DNA of 64,000 nucleotides from Perkinsela sp. CCAP 1560/9 (lineage: Eukaryota > Protista > Euglenozoa: Kinetoplastea). The notes below the pieces were generated by a model. That model was not told the origin of the DNA and did not search any database. It saw only the letters and a program-made list of their open reading frames with translations. The first letter of the stretch is position 1. Each line of letters begins with the position of its first letter. A program made the translations under genes and the position numbers. The DNA is taken from the NCBI GenBank assembly GCA_965644495.1, contig CBFFSA010000007.1, positions 310,001 to 374,000 on the forward strand, in the 5' to 3' direction. Shown in pieces: positions 9,701 through 22,379 of the stretch.

Positions 9701-12560
9701 CAATTTCTACGTGCACCCAGCGCGAAACGATGAGGATGCCCTGTCTCAAGCTAAAACATTATCCGCGATCCTCGCCGTAACCGTCTTTGAAGCCGCACGG
9801 GAGAGCGACCCGACACACGGCTTTCTCCTGCGAACCAGAGCTGGCAGAGCCAGAAGGAACTCACGGCCCTTGGCCATCGAACGTACCACGAAGAGGCTAC
9901 GCACACATGTTCGTCAACTCAAACGTGCACTTACCTTCATGAAGGGGGCCGCGAGAAACAAGCAGCGGGGAGAAATTAAGGAAGTAGGGAAAGCGTTGAA
10001 GTTGTACGTGGAGGAAGCCAATCTACAGAAGAGGGAAATCGATCGACGATGGGCATTAACTCGGTTCCAGAGAAAACCGTGGACAGCTGCGGGCGAATGC
10101 CTAGATCGCACTGACCCAATCCAGGAACCCGAGACGTCTTACCCTACAGTACCTCTTCAAGAGGTTGAGAACTTCTTCGCGGCATCATTGTCAAAACCTG
10201 AAGAGAATCACAGCATACCCCCCGTCGAGTTCTTGGGACCACGGCCTGACATCGACATGCCATGGTCGGATATTGACACCGAAATGATAGCATCTGCTGT
10301 ATCTTCCAAGCGCTCGGGCGCTGCTCCTGGATCAGACACCGTATCCAACGCTCTGCTCAAGCGTTGTAGCCCTATCTTTGTCCACATCGCTCAAGTATTC
10401 AATGATATCCTTAAATTCGGGGTTTGCCCCCCCACCTGGAAATCTGCCGTAACTCGCCTCATACACAAAGGAGGTCCTACATCAACTATGGAGAATTGGC
10501 GACCGATAAGCTTAACTAGTTGCATAGGGAAACTTTTCAATCCTGAGCCACCGAATCCTTCAACATTCCTTGGATTCTCATGCGCTCGATACATCAGTAC
10601 AAAAAGGATTTCTACCACACATGAATGGGACCGTCGAGCATACACAAGTCTTATGCGAACTCCTTGAACACCAACGACGTCACAAACGGCAATACTTACT
10701 GGCACAGTTCGATATCAAGAACGCTTTCGGATCTATCCCCCACGCAGTACTGTTACAATCCCTAAAATGGGCCCGTATCTCCCCAATTCTAATTAACTAT
10801 ATCAGCGCGCTGTACAAAGGAGCACCTATTCAAATCAAATGTGCTGAAGGCCTTACGAAGTCGATCGAGATCGGCCGTGGAGTATTACAAGGAGATACAC
10901 TGTCGCCGATCTTATTCAACTTGGCAATGGAATTGGTTCTTCGCTTCATCCGTTCAAGTTGCCCACAGTACGGAATCACTTGGGATGGAAAGGAAACCTT
11001 TCTGAAGGCCTTTGCTGACGACCTCAGTATATTCACGAACACACCAAAGGAAATGCAAATTGCCACGAACGTATTGGTCAAAGTTCTAGGCGACATCGGA
11101 ATGAAATTGAACCCAAAACAATGTCCGATTCAACACATGGCAATGACTCAAGACTCAGGCTACATGACAAGACGACCGCAGATAATGATTGAGGCAACAC
11201 CTATTCCTCAAATATGCGATAATGGTCGCACATTCCTGGGTGTGACTCTCGGACCTGGTGCCCAGCATGGTAAAATTCTGTTCCTAAAGCTACGCAATCG
11301 ACTCCGTACCTGGTTACGCAACATAGCTTCCAGCGCCCACGACCTACCCGCCCGACTCTGGATATACAACAATACTCTTTTGTTGTCAATTTATGTCTGA
11401 CTTTTAACCACGTTCTGCGCCTCCAGCGATGCGCTACAAATGAAATCAGAAAATGGTTAAATGTAGCAAAATCCGCGACAAGCGAACTGTTATACTCCGA
11501 GCATGGTTGGAACCTCGTGAGCTTATCCAAACTGGCTTCTTTCAACCGCGAGCGCCGTGGAACAAATGGAGAAATCACGTGATCCCGATGTCCAGCACGC
11601 CCTGCGAGAACGCATCCGGAGAGAAGAAAACAAGAGAAAAGCGGGGTACTTTGGTCCGCCGACTGACTTACTCGGTTCAACTCACAATAACGTACGACGA
11701 CTTCTCGACAGTGAATATGAGAGGCATCTTTCGGAAGCCGTGCAAAGGCGCACTTCAGTTGCGGGAAGATGGTTCCGCGTAGCGACGGAAGCAGACCTCG
11801 CGAGGGACTTCGCTGCCGCCCTATGAAATCTCAAAAGCGAATCGCTATCACGATTTACGGCTACCGTACTCACAGAAACGCCACTCCCCACTAGAGTGTC
11901 TCTCCGCAAATGGGGCGTATCGACACACACAAACGACAAGTGTCCCATCTGCGATACTGAAACGCAAACCGCGCGACATATTCTCTCCGGGTGTAGAAAA
12001 GCACTCGAGCAAGGACGATATACTCTGCGACATAACATGGTGCTACAAGCCCTCGCAAACTCTGTGCAGAAATTCCAAGGGACCAGTCTATATCACTTTG
12101 ACCTCCCTCACTTTCGTTCTACCCCTCCGTGGCTCACGGAACTTGACACCGAGCTGCGACCGGATGGGTGGGTGAAACTGTCCAACGGGGAGGAGTATAT
12201 TATAGAATTGACGTGCCCCTGGGAGGAAAATTTTGTCTAGGCACACGAACGAAAAACTGCCAAGTACACAAATTTCTACCATTCCCGCAAGCTCACAAAC
12301 CCGAGCACTTTCCTACTCGTTTTCGAAGTCGGAGCGAGAGGAAAAATAAGCAGTGCTGGTCGAACTCTGAACACTCTATTTATGGGTAATGATGAGCTGG
12401 TGGCTGATTGCCGGCGCAATATGACCGTGAAGGCTCTGAGAGGGAGCTTCATAGTGTATCAAAACCGCAATGACAAAAATTGGATGGAGGAGAACGTTCT
12501 TGGCGACGCTGAATAGAAACGGGTGACCAAAACGCGTTTTGTGCGCGTTTTCACCATATA
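6755..12560 (+). mobile_element. Degenerate RLE non-LTR retrotransposon (NeSL/HERO/R4-like), interrupted by a Tc1 element
   Basis: RT motifs APGSDTV, NWRPISL, FDIKNAFGSIPH, GVLQGDTLSPILF, AFADDL. CCHC knuckle CPIC..TARHILSGC, RHNMVL, endonuclease RPDGWV..IIELTCPWE..KTAKY..FEVGARG. Several frameshifts and stops. 3' hairpin at 12522-12555. The 5' boundary is uncertain. Confidence 0.9.
7856..9108 (+). mobile_element. Tc1 (DD34E) transposon lacking its left end
   Basis: ORF 7896-8825 has GRPRKL, VLFTDESK, FQQDNDPKH and WPPQSPDLNPIEHLW (34 residues between D and E). Right end ...ttgaacacttttgttagttactg|TA; TA also at 7854-7855. Confidence 0.92.
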
Positions 12561-13160
12561 AATCTCTGCAGGATTACCTGTATGATACAATATACCTTTC
12601 CTACCATCACCTTTCCATATACATTGAATATTTTGGAGCCACATGTATGTGGCTCCGGGATTTGGACCGGTAAAAGCAGGGTTATAGGAGACCGCACCTC
12701 ACTAGAGGATTTTTTTTCTAAATATTTTGGACTCAGAGGGGTGATAGGCAAGGAAACGCTCTAGTTTTTGGAGATCTGTTGAATGCCGAAGGAATTGGGT
12801 CAAAAGCTCTTACGGTGTGCTCTATGGTTTGGGAGGCAACCAGTACCTGGACTGTATATCCTTCCTTAGCCACCCAAAATGAGCCTTCCGAAGAAGAGGG
12901 TCCATTAGGATGTTCTCATGGGGTTCTGAGCAATCAGGAGGGCACCGGGTTAACGCAAAGTAGCTGGGGAAGGTTTTCAACGTCATTTTGTGGCGATTCG
13001 CCTGTGAAATGCGAAGTTGTCTTGGAGAGTCACCATGTGACTGTTAAGGAGCATAAATCGGGCGTGGTCTCTGGCCAGGTAGAAGACTTTCGGTTTCCGG
13101 TCATAGGAGTTGAAGTGATTCTTCATAGCAAAAGGGAAAGGTTCACAAGCGAATACTGAA
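12560..13160 (-). mobile_element. Possible decayed 3' end of another retroelement
   Basis: The minus frame gives a broken CPPDCSEPHENILMD...QKLERFL tract, then a hairpin (ggagccacat/atgtggctcc) and a 35-nt motif shared with 6832-6866. Confidence 0.3.
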
Positions 13161-13425
13161 CAGCAATAAGTTCCTTATACGCGGTGATTGTTTTCCACGT
13201 AGAAGTGCCCTGCTGTAAGTGTGGCTTTTTTTCTGTGAATAACACCTAAAATTAAGGAGGACGAAAATTAAGGAAACTATTTCGTGTCACAAAGGAATCG
13301 CCCTTATTTAAAATCTTTCTTAATTTCAGTTTCTGCTTTCCATACACTCGTTGAATTAGCTTAGTAAGCGAGTTAAATACTCACCGTGTCTCTTTCAATA
13401 ACTTATTTTTCGATTAACACTTAAA

Positions 13426-14169
13426 ATGAATTACATGCGCTTGCACGGAGCGATTGCAAAAAAATGGACTTGCACGCATTTTCAACGCGAACTGCGTAAG
13501 ACGGTGTCTTCATCCGCATTCTCTGCCCACATGGTTGATAAAATAAGCAAAAGTCTGTCATGTACTGATCCAAACATTTGTCCTGTCTTGTCTCGCAGGC
13601 ATTCAACAGAGTTATTGCTGTATCAATGTGTTTGCGGAGTTCGATGTAAAACAGCTAGCCTTCTGAAGCACCATCTTCTTTTACGCCATGCTGTGACCCC
13701 TGCACGCCGTGCTGGGCTGGAAAACACAAAAGAAAAAGGAGAAACGAAATATGTAAACGATGAGAAATTCAATTTAAGTGAAGTGCAAGACATGGAGAAT
13801 ATTCCGCGGGTAGGTAATATACGTCCCAGGGGGGCACAATTTTTGACGGGTATGCGTCTTGAACACATTGTTCTCATAGCTTGTCCGTACTGTAAAATGA
13901 AGTTCTCACATCGGAGTGTCTTGCAGCAGCATGTTATGGGGGTACACGTTCAAGAACTAGAGCTAAAACACCGACAATTGTTGATCTACTCTAGCTCAAA
14001 ATTTACTTTTCCAAAAACCGTTCATATCACCTATAACGAATCTGCTATAAATCATAGGGAAGGATGTCTGGCGTCTGATGCGCTATGTACTTATTCAAGA
14101 CAAACCGCTGTCCGCCGAGTGCAGCCGTCGAATTCAAATGCAGATCAATTCGTTTTTACGGAAGTGTAG
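13426..14169 (+). CDS. C2H2 zinc-finger protein
   Basis: YQCVCG..LLKHHLLLRH and CPYCKMKFSHRSVLQQHVMGVH; start codon uncertain. Confidence 0.65.
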   Translation: MNYMRLHGAIAKKWTCTHFQRELRKTVSSSAFSAHMVDKISKSLSCTDPNICPVLSRRHSTELLLYQCVCGVRCKTASLLKHHLLLRHAVTPARRAGLENTKEKGETKYVNDEKFNLSEVQDMENIPRVGNIRPRGAQFLTGMRLEHIVLIACPYCKMKFSHRSVLQQHVMGVHVQELELKHRQLLIYSSSKFTFPKTVHITYNESAINHREGCLASDALCTYSRQTAVRRVQPSNSNADQFVFTEV

Positions 14170-14366
14170 TTCCCGCGAATATTGAAAGAACTGTATCATC
14201 GTAGTCAGGCTTCATGAGATATGTTGCGTTGCGCTAAGTTTGTTTCCATTTAACGAAGGTCTCTTTATTTCTACTACATTTTGTACTTTTGTACTGTGCT
14301 TTTCTACTATACTACTCGAGTGCGGTAAAAAAAGTAGCATTTTGTTTTCCATTCGATTCTACTGTT

Positions 14367-14690
14367 ATGAACCTAGAGTTTGGCAGTCGAGAATGGCGGC
14401 GTTCAGTTTTGGCCGTCTATAAAGCCATATTAGCCACTCATCATTGCGTATTAACCAGTGAACAGAAGGCCTTGGGCGACAGAATGGTTCGTCGGGAATT
14501 CCGCTCTCATCGTGGAATTAATGACGAAACGCAATCTCGAGTTTTTCTGAAAAGCTGGATAGAGTATTTGAAACATCTTCAGAGTGCGAAGTCGCTTCCT
14601 CGAATCGACACCTCTCAATTCTCTGACACGCAATTGAGGCAAGTCCAAAAGTTGCGCAGACGAATAATAAAACCCATGGAGGAAAGCTGA
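14367..14690 (+). CDS. SDHAF3: LYR-motif succinate dehydrogenase assembly factor 3 (ACN9-like)
   Basis: VYKAILATH..LTSEQKALGDRMVRREFRSHR..FLKSWIEYL. Confidence 0.8.
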   Translation: MNLEFGSREWRRSVLAVYKAILATHHCVLTSEQKALGDRMVRREFRSHRGINDETQSRVFLKSWIEYLKHLQSAKSLPRIDTSQFSDTQLRQVQKLRRRIIKPMEES

Positions 14691-15057
14691 CAATGTTTTA
14701 CGGTACGCATAGAAGACACGTGAGAACAAAGAAATCTTAGTAAAGCGTGATCCTACAGAGTGGGAGTAGGACACTACACAGAGTGACACTACGCAGAGAG
14801 TGGAAGTATGGCACTACACAGTGAGAGTACACTATCCCCATTCTTAAATCTGGGGTAAACAGTAAAACACTGCTTTTTGAAGATGTGTTCACTATGAAGA
14901 TGTGTATAATTACTGTAATGTAATGCCGAAGTGCATCGAAGAGTAAGTCGCCTTCCGGGGATCCTCTGGCAATGAAATTACTCCAGCGACAGATTACGCG
15001 TCTACTCATCATTTGACTTTGTGCCGCATGATGAGAACTCATTTTACATATGAGAAC

Positions 15058-15686
15058 CATAGCTGTAAAATTGTTAATAATTTTTTCGTTTAATAATTAT
15101 TATTATTAAAAATTATTAATAATTATTAATAAGGTCTTAGTAGGCAGATAGGACATAAAAATACCAACGTCAGAATATTTTATTCCCTCACATTTTTCTT
15201 TCTAATTCCGCTTCTTGCCAAGGAAGAATCCTGGGGGGGATCAACTCAGAAAACTTTGGTTCTTAAGAGAGCTTAGAAATCACGTTTTTTGACTATGTAT
15301 GATGATGCTTTTTGGCTAATGTATCCTAAAAAAATAGATAATAAACGTCTAGTTTTAAAAATGAGAATGCGGCTCTGAATGATCATATCAACATGCAACT
15401 CCATTTAAGCTTGGCAGTATATACATGAAGACTTCATGGATGTCCATGAAGACCTACATACAGTAGTATGTAGGTCTAACCAAACTTCCAGAATCTTTTA
15501 ATGTCTCTTACATGACGTACGTGCAACGTGCTTCCACTTTATTTGATCTTGTCTGATCTCACCGATGGTATTAACGCGGACCAAAAACCTAAAATGCAAA
15601 ATTATTAATATTTATTAATAATTGACTCTTTCTTTTAGTAATAATTATTAATAATTATTATTAAAAAAATTATTAATACAGCAATG
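15058..15686. mobile_element. 629-bp MITE with CAT...ATG termini and 8-bp TSD (hAT- or P-like)
   Basis: TIR catagctgta / tacagcaatg; TSD ATGAGAAC at 15050-15057 and 15687-15694; AT-rich taataattatta subterminal arrays. Confidence 0.88.
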
Positions 15687-15887
15687 ATGAGAACTCATTT
15701 TACCAGAAATCTAATTTTCGCTTCACCTGAAGATACAAGATGTAACTTACCAAAAGGTCAAGAAGCTTTTCCATCGCTACTTTTCCATCGTCATTTCCAT
15801 CGCTACTTTTCCATCGTACACCGTATTCTTTGTGATATCATAAGGCTTTCTTTTTGCATTTTTTTGATTAGCTTTGCTAATTTCGGT

Positions 15888-16832
15888 ATGGTTGGACGAG
15901 TTTTGCATTTGAGGCACCCTTTGTTGGACAAAGGAATACGCAGAATGAATCCTACGTACGGTTCACATGCACCTTGCTTTTTCAAATTTTCAGTGAGGCA
16001 AAAAGCGACGTCCACGCGAGATTATTACTCAACTTTAGGCATTCGAAGGGAAGCGAATCTTGAGGAGATCAAAAAAGCCTATCGAAAACTGGCTTTGAAG
16101 CACCACCCTGATGCGAACCCAGAAAACAGAAAACAGTCTGAAGAAATTTTTAAGAGCGTGAGTCAAGCTTATCACGTACTTTCAGATCCTACGCAGAGAA
16201 AGCAATACGACCTGTCGCTTAACATAAATACAAGTAAGAGCACTGCCCGAAGCGCAAGTACACCACCTCGCGAACACTCGTCTTATTCATATGAAGCGGC
16301 CTCTCCAGAAGATGTTTTTCGCTCAGTTTTCGGAACTAGCGATTTCGCCCATGTGTTCGACGAAATGAATAAAACCATCTATGGACAAGAGCCATTTCTT
16401 TCGACAAAGCACCCTTTTCGACAACAGTCGCCGTTTCATGACATACCCCAAGAGGAAATAGATGAATTACGGGGTATGTGGCGCACGAAAACTGGGCACT
16501 ACGTTGCCCCTGATGGAACAAATGTGTATTATCGGAGAAGTGTTTTTCATGGCTACGATAATTATCCTTCTGCCCATCGCACCTCAACAAGTGATGCCAC
16601 AAGAAAGAAAACCTCAAATCGTTCATCATCGAACGATAGCGCCGCCTATGCCAACCAAAAGCCGGAACTGGATACATTTCCCTATAAACTCGATTACGCC
16701 AGATATTTTTTGCGTGCCCGACAATTCATAGGAATTACACTTGGAACAGTAATTTTACTAAAGCTTTTGGGGCCACTTTCTAAGGTTCTTCTGTTACTTG
16801 GCTTGCTGTTTATAGTTTCAAATTTATGGTAG
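15888..16832 (+). CDS. DnaJ/J-domain protein, probably mitochondrial with a C-terminal membrane anchor
   Basis: [22 protein letters not shown]; hydrophobic C-terminus; start codon uncertain. Confidence 0.88.
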   Translation: MVGRVLHLRHPLLDKGIRRMNPTYGSHAPCFFKFSVRQKATSTRDYYSTLGIRREANLEEIKKAYRKLALKHHPDANPENRKQSEEIFKSVSQAYHVLSDPTQRKQYDLSLNINTSKSTARSASTPPREHSSYSYEAASPEDVFRSVFGTSDFAHVFDEMNKTIYGQEPFLSTKHPFRQQSPFHDIPQEEIDELRGMWRTKTGHYVAPDGTNVYYRRSVFHGYDNYPSAHRTSTSDATRKKTSNRSSSNDSAAYANQKPELDTFPYKLDYARYFLRARQFIGITLGTVILLKLLGPLSKVLLLLGLLFIVSNLW

Positions 16833-17021
16833 GTATTTACATGTGTTGCAATAACGCACACTGCTTCGTGGGGATGGTAGTTATGCAACTGTTCCAGTAA
16901 CACTACTTCTTACTCCTTGCAAGAAATACATCTTTAATTATTTTAGCTATTCGAATAGCATGGTGTTCTACACCGTTTTTACTTCGTCTTCTAGAATCCT
17001 TTTGTAAATTAATTTATTTAA

Positions 17022-18944
17022 ATGTCCCTTTGTAGCTCTGCGTCGTCATTGTTCGAATATTACACCAAGGAGCAGCCCATATTTGCTGACGACGTGGATT
17101 CTAATAATTTCTTGCGATGCGTTCAACTGCCACTTCCCACTACCTTTTGGATTAACGAGATGGACGCGAAAGCCTCCCTTGTTAATGACTTAATAAAAGA
17201 ATTTCACTCTTTCATCAAGCCATTGGAGTGGTACCCCAACCCGAAAAAAGCGTGGAGAGTAGCTGCTTCGCGCTCAGAGTTGAAGGAAGATCCTCTTCTT
17301 CGGGAATTACACAAAAGACTCGTCTTATTTAGTACGTTAGGAGTGATATATCGGCAAGAGGAAGTCAGTATGATACCCGTAGTTCTGTTAAATGTAGAGG
17401 GAGGTGAGAAGTGTTTAGACATGTGTGCTTCTCCGGGGTCGAAAACAGCTCAAATACTGCACATGATGTGGGAGAGGACACAAAATGCGCAGCAATCCAA
17501 CTTATCAATGAATTACCATTCTTCGGGACTCGTCATCGCTAATGATAATGATCCGCGCAGGGCGAACATGCTCATACACAGGTTGAAGAGACTCCATTGT
17601 ATGTATCCCTATACTGTGTTTACGACCCATGACGCAAGACGTTTTCCTCATTTTGACTCTGAACTGAGATTCGATAAAGTTTTATGCGATGTCCCTTGTT
17701 CAGGTGATGGTACACTTCGAAAGAACACGATTATATTCAAGCAATGGTCCCAATCTCGAGCATACATATTGAATCCGACTCAATTTAAAATTGCTGTTCG
17801 CGGCGCACAGCTGATGAAAGTGGGGGGACGTCTCGTGTACAGTACTTGTTCCTTGAATCCAATAGAAAATGAGGCAGTAGTTTATCATTTGCTTCTACAC
17901 GCCAAAGGAGCGTTGGAGCTTGTAGAAATGAGGCATCTGCTCTCCAATTTTCGTACAAGAACTGGATTAACCAGGTGGAGCCTACACGCTGAACAGCAGG
18001 AAGTAACAGCAGTACGTTTAAGTGATCTTCCGAACAAGGAAACTGGGACGGGTCAAGGTGGGAAAACAAGTCGTAAGCCGGTACAATATTCTGTTCCAAA
18101 AACTGCTTATCCTCCTACCGATGATAATGATACCGCTCGCCAGCTACATAAGTGTATACGTGTAGCTCCACACGATCAAGACACTGGTGGCTTCTTTATT
18201 GCTGTGCTACACAAACTCTGTGAACTTCCGGAAACCCCTACTGGGGGTGCAAATGGCGATGTTGAAACCCCACTGCGATCTTATGAGTCGCCTTATTACA
18301 CCGCGCCACCGTCAACAACGACGGCTTTGAGAGAATTTTATGGGCTCAACCTCAATAAAGAGAACAACTGGACTTTCGAAAACTTGTTTTTCCGACATCG
18401 TGATGCAGAAAGCGCCTCGGATCGCAACTCTCAAGAAGGAAATACCATTTATCTTGCTAGCAAGCAAGTGAGTAAATTATTAGCGTGTTCCAACATCCCG
18501 TATAATATAGTTAACGCTGGCTTACGATTGTTTGTGAGGGACAGACAACAAGGTGTAGTTTGTGTGTGGCGACCTTGTAATGAAGGCGCAACGATCATCT
18601 ATTCCGCGCTTTCGGAGATAACGAACAATCGTGTGCTTTCACTGTCTTATCTAGAAGGGGACGAAATTCTGAAATTGACGAATAAAACGATTGCAACGAA
18701 GGATATTCGTAACCAAGATCTGAGGCAGAAGGTATGGTCCCTTTCTCCAGGGGGGTTGATCCTGTTAATAGAATCAAAGTTCCGGAATAGGCATCCTATT
18801 ATTGTTGCAGGGTTGCGTTTGGCAGGAAGTCTACAAATCTGTGCTGAAAGCGCTGAGATTCCGCTCTTGTTGCTTCAATTGGGCGAAACAACACAGAATG
18901 AGAAGATAATTCTTAGTGATGGATTGAAACAGTTAAGTTTATGA
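17022..18944 (+). CDS. TRM4: tRNA m5C methyltransferase (NSUN2/Trm4 family)
   Basis: RQEEVSMIP, LDMCASPGSKT, DVPCSGDG, YSTCSLNPIENEAVV, PHDQDTGGFF. Confidence 0.92.
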   Translation: MSLCSSASSLFEYYTKEQPIFADDVDSNNFLRCVQLPLPTTFWINEMDAKASLVNDLIKEFHSFIKPLEWYPNPKKAWRVAASRSELKEDPLLRELHKRLVLFSTLGVIYRQEEVSMIPVVLLNVEGGEKCLDMCASPGSKTAQILHMMWERTQNAQQSNLSMNYHSSGLVIANDNDPRRANMLIHRLKRLHCMYPYTVFTTHDARRFPHFDSELRFDKVLCDVPCSGDGTLRKNTIIFKQWSQSRAYILNPTQFKIAVRGAQLMKVGGRLVYSTCSLNPIENEAVVYHLLLHAKGALELVEMRHLLSNFRTRTGLTRWSLHAEQQEVTAVRLSDLPNKETGTGQGGKTSRKPVQYSVPKTAYPPTDDNDTARQLHKCIRVAPHDQDTGGFFIAVLHKLCELPETPTGGANGDVETPLRSYESPYYTAPPSTTTALREFYGLNLNKENNWTFENLFFRHRDAESASDRNSQEGNTIYLASKQVSKLLACSNIPYNIVNAGLRLFVRDRQQGVVCVWRPCNEGATIIYSALSEITNNRVLSLSYLEGDEILKLTNKTIATKDIRNQDLRQKVWSLSPGGLILLIESKFRNRHPIIVAGLRLAGSLQICAESAEIPLLLLQLGETTQNEKIILSDGLKQLSL

Positions 18945-19161
18945 TTATTAGACTGCGAAAAAATGAGCCGCATCGCATTCACTCTATAGAAAATACAAAG
19001 CACGATATACATGTATGATGTCTTTGACATTCGAGGAACTACTGTGCATCAAGATGGCGGAAAGAGTAAAAACTTAAGATATTTGTATATTGCAGAACTT
19101 ATATATACTTATATATACTGCTTTTTATTCTTTTGTTGTCTTTACCTTCTTTTCGGTTTCA

Positions 19162-19647
19162 ATGGTCAAGTGCACTAAAGTTCGCAAGTCGTTGCAACCA
19201 GGGACGGTATGTATTGTTCTCGCCGGTCCATACAGGGGGAGGCGCGTCGTAAATTTGGGTCCTGTGGGTACTCAAGGCCTGATTGCTGTTACCGGACCCT
19301 TTAAGCTTAACGGTGTACCCTTGCGGCGTGTTGATCCGGCTTACGTAATTGCTACATCCACAAAAGTCGATATCTCAAACGTGGACTGTACCGAAGTGGA
19401 AAATAAACTTTTTGGGAAGGCGAAAAAGGCTATGCGAAAGCGGTCCGAGAAGCAGTTTCTGAAGATGAAGGAGTCAACAAAAGTGGCGGATGAAATGAAA
19501 GCCATGTTTGATGTGCGCAAGAAGCTTCAAATAAAGATTGATGAAAGTATTCTTAAGAATTTGTCGAAGACTCCGAGTATGGCCAAATATATTGCATCAC
19601 GTTTCACTCTTCGGCGAAATGAAGCTCCGCACAAGATGAAGTTTTAA
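19162..19647 (+). CDS. RPL6: 60S ribosomal protein L6 (eL6)
   Basis: RKSLQPGTVCIVLAG, VTGPFKLNGVPLRRV, PHKMKF. Confidence 0.96.
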   Translation: MVKCTKVRKSLQPGTVCIVLAGPYRGRRVVNLGPVGTQGLIAVTGPFKLNGVPLRRVDPAYVIATSTKVDISNVDCTEVENKLFGKAKKAMRKRSEKQFLKMKESTKVADEMKAMFDVRKKLQIKIDESILKNLSKTPSMAKYIASRFTLRRNEAPHKMKF

Positions 19648-19870
19648 GAGAAAGTTGTAGGTTGGGCATGACAGTAAGCAATAAAGCCATTAATCAGTAT
19701 AATTAGATTCCTTAAGATTAGCTAAAAAATACATGCTTCTGACATAATTCTGAATTAACCGAAAACAAGCACAACTTTAATTCGCGAGAAAATCAACTCA
19801 TGAGCGAAAATAATTTTGTTTCTACTACTGATAATCATATGTATATTCAATACTAATAATTTTACTCAGC

Positions 19871-21970
19871 ATGGGTACTCTTGTTTCGAACGTCGACCTC
19901 GGGAGAACAGATGCAGCTGGGCCGATGTGTTGCACTGCAAGTTGTGCTCCAGGGCGAATGCATTCCCTGAAAACTACGGATCGACACCATGTTGGTATGT
20001 CACACTCCTCACGTTCCCAGGGTCGTCTCACGGCTCACATAAGCTCCACAGGTTTTACCAGTGTTGAGACGTACTCTTCCAGCGCACAGGCCGAGAGACC
20101 CCTTATCGAAACAGAAGGCCTATCTTCACGAAGTTCTGTAGATCACACCTCCACGAGTGAGACAGAGGAAATCTCGAGTAGTTCTAAATCGCGAATTCGA
20201 GTGGTGATTCGTAAACGCCCAATCAACGCCATGGACCGGCGCTCTGCGGAGAACGTAGAGGACGTCGTGCGGTGCGACAACCAAAGAACAGTTCAGGTCG
20301 CGGAGCCCCGCCAGAAGGTGGATTTAACAAAGTACACGAGCCTGCACACCTTTCGGTTTGATGAAGCTTTGTCTGAGGAAACGTCCAACGCAGAGGTGTA
20401 CCATCGTTGCGTGCGACACCTCGTGGAGACGGTATTTGAGGGCGGAACGGCCACCTGTTTTGCTTATGGACAAACAGGTAGTGGAAAAACGCACACAATG
20501 ATTGGGGCAGCCAACAGTCCAGGAATGTACTACTTAGCGTGTAGAGACCTCTTTGGCCGTCTTGTTGATAACATGTTTATTACGGCTTCCTTTTATGAAA
20601 TCTACTCTGGAAAACTGTTTGATCTGTTGGGCGATCGAAAACCTCTTCGTTGCTTGGAGGATTCGAAGCAGAATGTGAATATTTGTGGACTTACGGAACA
20701 TCGCATCCCTGATGCCGAAGAACTGATGCGTGTTATGGTGGTAGGAGAGGGAAACCGTTCGCAAGGTTCGACGGGAGCGAACGACACCAGTAGTCGCTCG
20801 CACGCTATCTTGGTCGTAAAGGTGCGCAGAGATGACCACTCTGTGTTAGGAAAGTTTTCCTTCATTGATCTCGCCGGCTCCGAGAGAGGAGCTGATACAA
20901 TGCATTCAGAAAGAACCACTCGATTGGAAGGAGCACAAATCAACAAATCGCTACTTGCATTAAAGGAATGCATAAGGTCGCTCGACCTGGGGCACCGTCA
21001 TGTACCATTTCGCGGATCTAAGCTTACTGAGGTGCTTCGGGACAGTTTTATAGGAAATGCCCGCACGGTGATGATAGGCAACGTTTCTCCTGCCTCAACG
21101 AGTTGCGAACACACACTGAATACACTACGCTACGCGGACCGTGTGAAAGAACTTAGGCACGGGACGCGGGGATCTCCTGCTTGTGAAGCCATGCTGGGAC
21201 CTACTCCGACAGAGAGTGTGGCAGTTCTGGAGCCGAAGCGTCCGCCACGAGCATTCTCCGCCTTTTCAGCTGTTAGTCAGAGTCGAACAGTGCAGCAAAC
21301 CTCAACGAGCACCGTGACGCAAGGAAGAAAGTCATATTTTGCTGGAAGAACGAAAGTCACACGTCCTGTGGGACTAACAGAACCGTATGTAGCACAAGAC
21401 AAGGGGCGTCGGTCTAAAAGTGCCACCCTGTTAGGCCGGCTGACTAGTAGCGAGCGAAATAGGGATGCATCAATGCCAAGGGACCCACACAGCCATGAAA
21501 CTAAATCGGACATGGGCTATTTATCGGAGCACTCAAGTTACGCTTCGAGTGCGACTCCTTTGGAAGAGGCGCTGGATACTGAGGGTTTGTGTGATATGGA
21601 TGTCGAGTCCTATTTAGAAAGTTCCGAGTCTCACAGAAGCGGAACCTTTGCGGGAGACTCTAAGGATTATACTGATGAACATGATAACATAGTGTCAAAA
21701 ATTCTTACTTTAGAAGAAGATCTCACATTGTGTCATCGTATGGAAATGGAACAGACACTTGAATCAATGCGTAAGGAAGGTACCCAGCTACAAAACTTTG
21801 ACAATGGATTGGATACCGATGTATGCGGTTTGCTGGCACAGTTGGAAGAATCCGTTCTAGCAAGGCGAAAATTGTGTGACAGGCAGTTAGAAAGGTTATC
21901 AACATTGCGCGATCTAGTTCAGCAAGAGGAAAGAATTGCCCGCCATATGGCGCAACACTCAATAAAATAG
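19871..21970 (+). CDS. Kinesin-13 (MCAK-like)
   Basis: KVDLTKY loop, [34 protein letters not shown]. Confidence 0.95.
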   Translation: MGTLVSNVDLGRTDAAGPMCCTASCAPGRMHSLKTTDRHHVGMSHSSRSQGRLTAHISSTGFTSVETYSSSAQAERPLIETEGLSSRSSVDHTSTSETEEISSSSKSRIRVVIRKRPINAMDRRSAENVEDVVRCDNQRTVQVAEPRQKVDLTKYTSLHTFRFDEALSEETSNAEVYHRCVRHLVETVFEGGTATCFAYGQTGSGKTHTMIGAANSPGMYYLACRDLFGRLVDNMFITASFYEIYSGKLFDLLGDRKPLRCLEDSKQNVNICGLTEHRIPDAEELMRVMVVGEGNRSQGSTGANDTSSRSHAILVVKVRRDDHSVLGKFSFIDLAGSERGADTMHSERTTRLEGAQINKSLLALKECIRSLDLGHRHVPFRGSKLTEVLRDSFIGNARTVMIGNVSPASTSCEHTLNTLRYADRVKELRHGTRGSPACEAMLGPTPTESVAVLEPKRPPRAFSAFSAVSQSRTVQQTSTSTVTQGRKSYFAGRTKVTRPVGLTEPYVAQDKGRRSKSATLLGRLTSSERNRDASMPRDPHSHETKSDMGYLSEHSSYASSATPLEEALDTEGLCDMDVESYLESSESHRSGTFAGDSKDYTDEHDNIVSKILTLEEDLTLCHRMEMEQTLESMRKEGTQLQNFDNGLDTDVCGLLAQLEESVLARRKLCDRQLERLSTLRDLVQQEERIARHMAQHSIK

Positions 21971-22379
21971 AAGTCATTAATGTACGAGGAAATGTTGCAT
22001 CAAAGTCAAGGTGGTAAATAGAATGACGTATAAGACAATATCGCACACAAGATGTAGCTTCACCGACACAACGATTTGCAAACAATCTAAGAAAATTCAC
22101 GCACAAAGTTTGTAGCAGTTCATCACGCCGAGGATTAGTAAAGTGCCAGAATTTTTATCCAGAGTGTATTCAAAGTGAGTGTTGCATTCCAAGTCAGCAA
22201 AAGAGTTGTGTTTTTCGGTGTTATGCTTTCATGTAATTACTAATTCTGAATATAAGGAATCGGAGAAAGGTACTAGTTGTACTATTTGGTACTTAATCTA
22301 AGAACCGATTGACTATTTCTGTACTTATGGAGTGGAACAGTTAAATGCACTTCTCTTCCTCACTTACCGACTCGACATA

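Noticed and set aside
4516-12516. In-frame stops as a sign of a reassigned genetic code
   Set aside because: Such stops occur only in transposon ORFs, which also have frameshifts; host genes are uninterrupted and end in TAA, TAG or TGA.
14750-14840. cactac(a/g)cag repeats as a CRISPR-like array
   Set aside because: Repeats are about 10 nt and irregular, there are no cas genes, and the context is eukaryotic.
15684-15887. N-terminal extension of the DnaJ ORF (likewise the TTG/GTG extensions of TRM1, RPL6, USP, BTB and RRP42)
   Set aside because: The DnaJ ATG comes from the MITE end. The other extensions run through AT- or pyrimidine-rich leader sequence; downstream ATGs fit the protein families.
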